DNA of 55,652 nucleotides, counting the filler, from Trypethelium eluteriae (lineage: Eukaryota), in NCBI GenBank assembly GCA_051942245.1. It is 4 parts of 4 records of this genome, joined end to end, with 100 filler letters (N's around TTAATTAATTAA, not from the genome) between each part and the next. Parts side by side here need not be neighbours in the genome. Positions count along the whole stretch, not along the records: positions 41,877 to 55,652 come from JAVECL010000715.1; 3 more parts are not named here. One strand, given 5' to 3'. The translations under genes were made by a program, and so were the position numbers. Numbering within the stretch: the first letter of the stretch is position 1; each line of letters opens with the position of its first letter. Below, in pieces: positions 47,985-55,652 of this stretch. The notes under the pieces were generated by a model. It did not search any database. It was not told where the DNA came from and saw only the letters and a list, made by a program, of their open reading frames with translations.

Positions 47985-50245
47985 ATGTTGGCAGTTGGTG
48001 CAGGCGGTGTCAGCGGCCTCAATTCCCGCTGGAACGAGAGCAGAGGCTCAGCCATTGCACTGATCCTCCTAGTGGTACTCGAAAGTGTGGGGTTAACGCA
48101 AGCCCCAGCATCCTGGAGCGTGGTAACTCTATCTGCATGGACAAGCTGGCTCGCACTCTGGCTGTATCGGACGTTACGGGCCGATCCAACATCGAAAGGG
48201 GACCTCTGGACTGTACTCCTCATTGAACTATGGAACTTTGCGTGGAAAAGACCACATCTCAGCTCGTTTTGTACCGCGACATGGTGCTCAGATCCAATCA
48301 CTTGGCAGGTACTTGCTCTGCTAGGAATCTGTGCGGCCTCAGCTGGTATTGGTGTGGCCTATGAACAACATCAGAGCAAATCCGATCCGAACATAATTCC
48401 TGAAATTGAGCCATTCGATGACGAATTTCTGAAGCCTATGTTGCTTCCCTGCAGGACTACACATACTCGCCTCTTTCCCAAAAAACACTCATTCTCGTAC
48501 TCATATCTTCTCGTGGGAATACCGGTGGGATGGCGAGGCTTGATTGGGAATGCTTTATCAGTCGATACTCAGATACTGCCTCCTGAGCATAGACGAAGCG
48601 GCTGGTTTCACATCTCAGGAGCAGATTACTTGGACCGCGATGGCACTGACCTTGACTTGAAGGCAAAGCTAGCTTCATATCTGCAATCCCAGGTACGCCG
48701 AGTACCCTTCGGATTATCCTACTCCAGCGCCACTGATCGTAAGTAGGGTGAAAATCCAGGTGACTTTCCTCACGTCTATCTTGTTACAGCTCCCAAATTT
48801 CTGGGCTACTCCTTCAATCCAGTCTCTTTTTGGTATTTGTATTCTGAATTGAGGCACTTGAAAGCTATGATCCTTGAAGTCAATAACACGTTTGACGAGC
48901 GACGAATGTATTTCTTAAAGCCAACAGACGGTCCCGACAGTACTATCAAGCATGGATCCAATGATGCTACTGAGCTTCTTGCAATGGATCATGAGTCTCT
49001 ACCAAATCTCGGAAATGCCAACTCACAACCCGCTGTCTTCTCAAACGCTTGGTCTAAAGATTTTCATGTCTCTCCGTTTAACGACAGAACGGGGTCATAC
49101 TCTCTGATTGCCTACGATCCCCTCAGCAGACACGAGCATTCAAAATGGCTCGTCGACAATACTGTAGTCCTGAAGTCCGCCGAGAACCATCCCAAGCTTG
49201 TAGCTCGTATTTTTGCTGATGGAGATCCTGTTGACCCCCAAGCCAGGGGACGACTCGATATTTATCCCTTCCTTATCCGATGGTGGTGGGTCGGCTTTGT
49301 TACATTTCCTCGCATTCTCAAAGAAGCGTGGATACTTTACTTCAAAAGGAGTCTTCCTGTCTGGTTCCGGCCCGAGATTGATAAGAACAGTATCGGTCGG
49401 ACGCCGACTGGCACTGAACGGTATGATTGAACCATTCTGAAGTGCCTCATTTGCTGACGAGTCGAAGGCTTTTGGCGACATACTTTGAACGATACCTTGA
49501 ACACCTCGTGAAGCATGCCAATCAGCCTCTATGTCTAGTTTACCAACCCCCTTCGGGCATGGGTCTCAGGCGTTCATTCAAGACTACGGAGCGCCATACG
49601 GATACCCACCTCTCCAATATTGAGCTTCATGTGCTCACACCGGCCTTTTATAGTCGTTTCGTACATTACTCACATACTTCTGAGGCCTTCGACCGGGAGT
49701 GCCTTTGCACCGATGAACTTAATAGGACCTTGTGGATCTCCAGACCCGAACTCTTGCCTGCGCTCTTCAAAAAAGGCAAGCAGGCCGGGTCCGATCTAGT
49801 ACATCATCTTCCAAAGAATGAAAATGTCCTCGAAAGACTTCGCTGGGCCATGCTAAAAAGGCTTCGCTGTTCGCCTACAGGACCTGGTTACCCTGACAGA
49901 CAGGAACATACCCATTCTGTTTCAAAGCAAGACATTCGATCCAGGCCATACTCAGAACTTGACTGGCATGTGCGCAAACATCAAGAAGACTCATCGAGAT
50001 ATCGTCACAAAACCACGGCACTCTTTCTGGCTCAAAGGTTCGCCTTTGGCTTCGAAGGTGTCATCAGTGCATTAGACTTACTACTCCGATTTGCGCTCAT
50101 ACTCTGCCCTTGGCTATACAAGAGCATAATACTAAACCCTACGATATGGCTATTCCCGAATTGGCATACACAGCGCTACTTGGAGGCGGCGGCGCTTGAG
50201 TTACTTTTGACAAACCTAGTCCATATTTGGGCGCTACTGAAATGA
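47985..50245 (+). CDS. DUF1365-family membrane protein, 3 exons (start uncertain)
   Basis: TTHTRLFPKKHSFSYSYL, YLVTAPKFLGYSFNPVSFWYLY, EVNNTFDERRMY, KDFHVSPFN; introns 48693-48746 and 49421-49467; hydrophobic N- and C-terminal segments. Confidence 0.88.
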
Positions 50246-50909
50246 TATCGTAATTACCTGGACTGGGTTGAGGCCAGCCAATCAAGGTAATCTTCCACCA
50301 ATATTCATGCAGTTGGCACATGCCACTGGTGGCACTGTTACATTTCTGCATTGAGGTTCGTAGATCCTAATTACCGGTGGTCTTGGACGACTAGCCGAAC
50401 ATAACTTTCAATTTTGCTGACATCCTTTTTGTCAAAGCAGTCACACTATAATCTTCGTTCGCTTAGGTGGCTCATGCCGGTAGTCAGCTCATTCACACCT
50501 TTAGGCGGCTTTGCGCGACTAGCGGACTAACGTAAGGACAGGCCTCCGGCGCCACATGCGATTCGCGGGGCTAGTACTGTGCCGCATCGTTCTAGATTAA
50601 TGATTGGCATGATCACCCTTCCGGTCAAAGACTACGGCAAAAAATAAAGGAGGCCTGGGCCGAGGAAGGTAGCTTCTGGTGGGAAGAGGATTATGTAGTG
50701 CTTACAAGTCGCATCTCAGCACTATCGGCACGAGTGTGTCACGTTTCGTTTTGTTTCTGTTGCCATACACCATTCCTACGGCAGTAGGCTCAGCTGAGAA
50801 CGAGCATTTTTGTATACATTTCATATTGATCAGAGTTTGCGCTTCGAACTTCTTCTCATCCCTACTCTTATTCTGTTAGGAAGACCTTGCAGAGCTCGAT
50901 AAAAGTTAA

Positions 50910-50933
50910 ATGAAGCCTGTGGAGGTTCCTTAA
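50910..50933 (+). promoter_or_regulatory. Candidate uORF MKPVEVP* in the MFS leader
   Basis: ATG AAG CCT GTG GAG GTT CCT TAA, ending 19 nt before ATG 50953. Confidence 0.3.
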
Positions 50934-50952
50934 GCTTGCACTGCATACTGTC

Positions 50953-52518
50953 ATGGATTCCGACGAGCTTGAGCAAAAGACGTCCCCGTCCGTAGTAGAG
51001 GACCAGAATGGGCAGGTGGACCTCGAGGCAGTTGGCGAACAAGAAGGTTACATTGTTGACCTCAATCTCATTGAAAAGGACGATCCAAGATACCGGAACC
51101 TCAAGCTTGCGCCTGATGGCCATACCGTTCTCATCCCGCAGCCTAGCGACGACCCAAATGATCCTCTGAATTGGAGCCAAACCAAAAAGCACATCATCTT
51201 GTTCGTCATCTCAGCAACGGCTTTCCTGCCAGATTATGGCAGCGCGACTGGAGCTGTGACTCTTTTACCGCAGTCTGCGATTTGGGGTCTGAGCGAGGAC
51301 ACTGTCAACCATTCGCAAGCCGGCAATGTCTTCATGCTGGGAGCCGGCGGTATCTTCACTGTTATTCTATCGGCCTACTTTGGACGCCTACCAGTGCTGT
51401 TCTGGTTTGTAGTATTTGCTCTTTGGACGGCAGGATGGTGTGCTGGCGCTGCAAGTTTCGACTCCTTCATGGCTGCTAGAATCCTCAACGGGTTCTTCTC
51501 GACAGTGGCTCAAGGCGGTGGTCTCATGTTTATCAAGGACACCTTCTTCTTCCACGAGCATGCTCGCAAAATCAACATTTGGGCATCGTTCATCATCCTC
51601 TCGCCCTACTTCGGACCCCTCTTCGCAGCCTTCATCATCTCCACCCAGAAATGGCAATGGGCATTCGGCGTGTACACCATCGAGACGGGACTCTGCCTGA
51701 TCGCAATCGTCCTCTTCGTCGACGAAACCTTCTACAACCGGCGCATCCCACCAAGCCAGCACCTGCCGCGCAAGAGCAAACTCCAGCGCCTGCTCGGCAC
51801 CGAACAATGGCGCGACCGACACCAGCGCAGCAGCTTCTACCAAGCGGTGATGCGCCCCGTCCGCGTGATCCTGAAGCCGATCGTCTTCCTCTCCGTCTTC
51901 TACTACCTCTTCACCTTCGCCTGGGTCGTCGGCATCAACACCACGCTCTCCATCTTCGTCACGCCGCTGTACGGCTTCGGACCCAAGCAGATCGGCTACT
52001 TCTACTTCACCCCGATCGTCGCCGCCATCCTCGGCGAGATCGCGGGCCACTGGCTCCACGACTCCACCGCCCGCTGGCTCACTCGCCGCAACCGCGGCAC
52101 CTTCCAGCCGGAATTCCGCCTCTTTGTCATCTGGCTCTCCACCCCGTTCATCATCACGGGGCTCGTCGTCCTCGGCTTCGCGCTCGAGCGCGCCTGGCAC
52201 TACATGGTTGCTGCCGTCGCCTGGGGCTTGTATGTGTTTGGCATCATGATCACCACCGTGGGCATCCAGTCGTATGTTCTGGATAGCTATCCCGAGGCGG
52301 GTGGCGAAGTGAACGCGTGGATCAACTTTGGGCGTACCACCGGCGGCTTCATCATTTCGTATTTGCAGGTGCGGTGGGCGAATGCGATGGGGACGGAGAA
52401 GAGCTTCTCGATACAGGCGGGCGTGTGTGTGGCGGTGTTCTTGATTGTCATTTTCTTGCAGGTTTATGGGCTGAGATTGCGGCAATGGTCTGGTAGATTG
52501 GATTTCAAGACGGATTAG
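50953..52518 (+). CDS. MFS DHA1-type (HOL1-like) transporter, intronless
   Basis: LIPQPSDDPNDPLNWS, YFGRLPV, DETFYNR, QPEFRL, about 12 TM segments. Confidence 0.94.
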   Translation: MDSDELEQKTSPSVVEDQNGQVDLEAVGEQEGYIVDLNLIEKDDPRYRNLKLAPDGHTVLIPQPSDDPNDPLNWSQTKKHIILFVISATAFLPDYGSATGAVTLLPQSAIWGLSEDTVNHSQAGNVFMLGAGGIFTVILSAYFGRLPVLFWFVVFALWTAGWCAGAASFDSFMAARILNGFFSTVAQGGGLMFIKDTFFFHEHARKINIWASFIILSPYFGPLFAAFIISTQKWQWAFGVYTIETGLCLIAIVLFVDETFYNRRIPPSQHLPRKSKLQRLLGTEQWRDRHQRSSFYQAVMRPVRVILKPIVFLSVFYYLFTFAWVVGINTTLSIFVTPLYGFGPKQIGYFYFTPIVAAILGEIAGHWLHDSTARWLTRRNRGTFQPEFRLFVIWLSTPFIITGLVVLGFALERAWHYMVAAVAWGLYVFGIMITTVGIQSYVLDSYPEAGGEVNAWINFGRTTGGFIISYLQVRWANAMGTEKSFSIQAGVCVAVFLIVIFLQVYGLRLRQWSGRLDFKTD

Positions 52519-53139
52519 ACGGTAAAAGGATGGTGTGAATTTGTCGGTTGACTTTCGTGTATCATTTTTGTACGGTAGTACGGGTAGTAACAGGGATATG
52601 TACGAGCAGAATTTGCCAGAGATTTCATTGGACTCTCGTGAGTGTTGTGCATGTGTCGCATGGGAGATCGCAGGTACGTTTCGGTCATTTTCTGGACTTC
52701 GGTGAGAGAAGTTTTCTGTTGAGCCAGAGATTCGCAAGGGTTTAACACTTGATCGACCGCCAGCTCCTAAGTGGCAAGCTAAGCGATAGATTGAGTCCCA
52801 AATTGGTGGAGTCCTGACAGCCGCGCATCAAAAGTTCGGATAGCTACCATAGTAATCTTCAATTCCACTCAAGTCCTTTTCTGGGGACGACTCATTCGTT
52901 TCCTGTTCTATCTCGGACCTTTCCAATAGTCACAACCTACTGGCCACCACCAACTCGTTTTTGAGTTCCCCGTATATCACCAACGTGTTCTGTACCTACC
53001 CAGGTAATCTCAGACCGAAATTTACGGAGCCAGGGTCACCGAGCGGACGGGTCCAAAAATAAATCCATTTCCTTTCGCCCATTGTCAACGTTCTAATCGA
53101 GACAACCTCTCAGTCGATTGGATAAAGTAATCACTCGCG

Positions 53140-55603
53140 ATGGCTACGGTCAAAGCCCAGGTAGCGGAAGCGCTGCTGGGCACCACTCAAGAGCCTCAGC
53201 TCTCGCAACAAAGTCGCGCTTCCTTCCTGAAGCATGCGAAGAGAGACGACGAGACAGGGGAGGCTTATCTGAGTGAGAGCGAATTCATAGACGCGATTGC
53301 TCCCGAAAGCGAAGACTACGTATGTGATCACTCAGGAAGGAGCTCTGGACGTTTCATCCAACTGCCAGGGAATTTTCTATCAACAGCTGCTGACGCGGTT
53401 AACCCCCTAGCATAAAATCAAGCGAGAGCAGTATGCAGTGCTATTTCGCGTTGCAGATCGGAGAAAGTCTGGGCGGCTCAACATGCACGATTGGCATACC
53501 TTCGAAAACCTCCTTGCCAAACCGGACGCAGAGTACGAGATCGCTTTCCGACTCTTCGATGAGGATGGTGACGGGCTCGTCGCTTTCGAGGATTTCAACA
53601 GGATACTACAGCAGAATAAGGGCACTGATACTATACCATTCGATTGGAATTCAGACTGGGCGAAGCTCTATGTGGGAGGCAAGAAACACCGACATGAGAT
53701 GACCTATCCTCAATTTTCACAAATGCTACGTGGATTGCAAGGAGAACGGATACGACAAGCTTTCCAATACTTCGATAAGAACGGCGATGGCTACATAGAA
53801 CCGGAGGACTTCCAGCGGATCATTGTCGAGACAGCTCGACATAAACTTTCAGACCACCTCCTCGAGAACCTACAATCGCTATGCAACATCTCTACAGGCA
53901 GCAAGATCTCGTACGCGAATGTACGAGCCTTTCAGAACGTGGTCCGCGAGATGGATCTCGTGGAGCTGGTGATAAGGAACGCCACAAGCAAGAGTGAAGA
54001 CGGCAAGATTACAAGAACAGACTTCTTGAACGAAGCGGCACGGATAACACGGTTTTCACTATTCACCCCGATGGAGGCTGACATTCTGTTTCACTTCGCA
54101 AGCCTCGATGAGCCCTCAGGTCGGCTCGGCTTGACCGATTTCGCCAGAGTCCTGGATGCGTCATGGCAGACTGCCTACGAAGCTGGCTCAGACGCTGTTG
54201 GAGCCGCATCTGACGTTGCGGCTAAGGCATTCTCGAGATCGAAGAGCGTCCTTCACGATGTGCTGGAGTCTGCTCATCACTTTGCACTCGGCAGCATAGC
54301 TGGAGCCTTTGGCGCGTTCATGGTATATCCCATTGATCTAGTCAAGACACGTATGCAGAACCAGAGGTCAACCCGAGTTGGAGAAATGATGTACAAAAAC
54401 TCGATCGATTGTGCGAGAAAGGTAATCAGGAACGAGGGTATCTTGGGCTTCTACTCCGGTGTTCTGCCTCAGCTTGTGGGCGTGGCGCCTGAGAAGGCCA
54501 TCAAACTGACGGTTAATGACCTCATCCGGGGCAAATTCTCAGAGGCGAAGACGGGCAAAATATGGTGGCCTTACGAGCTACTCGCGGGTGGATGTGCAGG
54601 TGGTGCGCAAGTGGTAGGTTGAGGCGCACTTGATCGAAGCAAATCACATCAGACTTACCGGATCGTAGATTTTTACCAACCCGCTGGAGATTGTCAAGAT
54701 CCGCCTGCAGGTACAAGGGGAGCTTGCCAAAAAGTCCTCGGACGTCCCTAAGCGCAGCGCCATGTGGATCGTCAAGAACCTTGGGCTCGTCGGCCTCTAC
54801 AAAGGCGCCAGCGCCTGCCTCCTGCGCGACGGTAAGCATCCTTTCCCCCTGTCCGATGCAGAACCTCCTTCTTCCCAGCGATCCTTTCGTTGCCCCCGAT
54901 CATCCAGCCTCCGTGCCTCAGTAAGCCTCCCTTGTTCTTATTCCCGGAGTGCTAACGTGTGTGTTTGTGTATGTTGCCAGTCCCCTTCTCCGCCATCTAC
55001 TTCCCCGCCTACAACCACCTGAAGCGCGACTTCTTCGGCGAGTCCCCGAACAAGAAGCTCGGCATCCTCCAGCTGCTGACGGCCGGCGCCATCGCCGGCA
55101 TGCCCGCCGCCTACCTCACCACCCCCTGCGACGTCATCAAGACGCGCCTCCAGGTCGAGGCGCGCAAGGGCGAGGCTTCCTACACCTCGCTCCGCCAGTG
55201 CGCCCGCCTCGTCTGGCAGCAGGAGGGCTTCCGCGCCTTCTTCAAGGGCGGGCCCGCTCGCATCCTGCGCTCCTCCCCGCAGTTCGGCTTCACCCTCGCC
55301 GGCTACGAGGTCCTGCAGTCGCTGCTGCCCATGCCCGGCGCGAAGAGCGACGAGGGCGCGACTGGCGCCGCGGGCGGTGTCGGTGGTGTCGGTGGTGGAG
55401 CCGTGAGAGGGCCGACGGGCCACGCGGAGCCTGGTGTGGGTCTCCACGAGGCTAAGGCCCCGCTGCCGTATCTGAGGAGTCGTAACGCGTTGAAGATTAT
55501 CCTCGATCTGGACGAGGGGTTTGGTCGGCCTAAGGGCTCGTCCGCGGCGGGCAGCTGGGTCGGGGTGCCGGGGTTGAGTGGCTTCAGAACAAGAGCAGCT
55601 TGA
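53140..55603 (+). CDS. AGC1: Ca2+-binding mitochondrial aspartate/glutamate carrier (Aralar/citrin type), 4 exons
   Basis: EF-hands ([23 protein letters not shown]); three carrier signatures [43 protein letters not shown]; introns 53320-53410, 54614-54668, 54832-54980. Confidence 0.96.
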
Positions 55604-55652
55604 GGCTGAAAAGGGAGAGCGAGGGGAGGAGGAAGGTGCGGAGGGGATGTGG

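Noticed and set aside
51388..52737. 449-aa antisense ORF over the MFS gene (similar ones at 42970-43791, 40925-41767, 23562-24293, 18884-19558)
   Set aside because: Shadow frames caused by GC-rich codon bias of the real genes; no motifs

Overview
Gene-dense, intron-containing nuclear DNA from a filamentous ascomycete (Pezizomycotina; class not determinable with certainty). The window is four contigs joined by three identical artificial 100-bp spacers (44 N + TTAATTAATTAA + 44 N), so adjacency across the spacers may not be real. About 23 complete or partial protein-coding genes are supported. Contig 1: MAK16 3' end, a cytochrome P450, an APC amino-acid permease, mitochondrial leucyl-tRNA synthetase, a small membrane protein and the formin SepA/Bni1 (truncated). 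Contig 2: coproporphyrinogen oxidase HEM13, an M1 aminopeptidase, a KDM4/Rph1 demethylase and an RGG-tailed gene fragment. Contig 3: an orphan 3' fragment, an MFS transporter, a stand-alone RFC1-type BRCT protein, an FAD monooxygenase, a small secreted six-cysteine peptide, LIS1/nudF and XMAP215/Stu2 (truncated). Contig 4: a transcription-factor 3' fragment, two MFS transporters, an AIF-like Rieske/FAD oxidoreductase, a DUF1365 protein and the AGC1 carrier. No tRNA, rRNA, CRISPR array or transposon could be supported. The best leads are the Kex2-processed 39-aa six-cysteine peptide, the BRCT gene whose domain-bearing exon is missing from the ORF track, recurrent C-rich-to-G-rich skew islands, CBC:HapX-type motifs in front of two iron-linked genes, and short uORFs ahead of the MFS genes.
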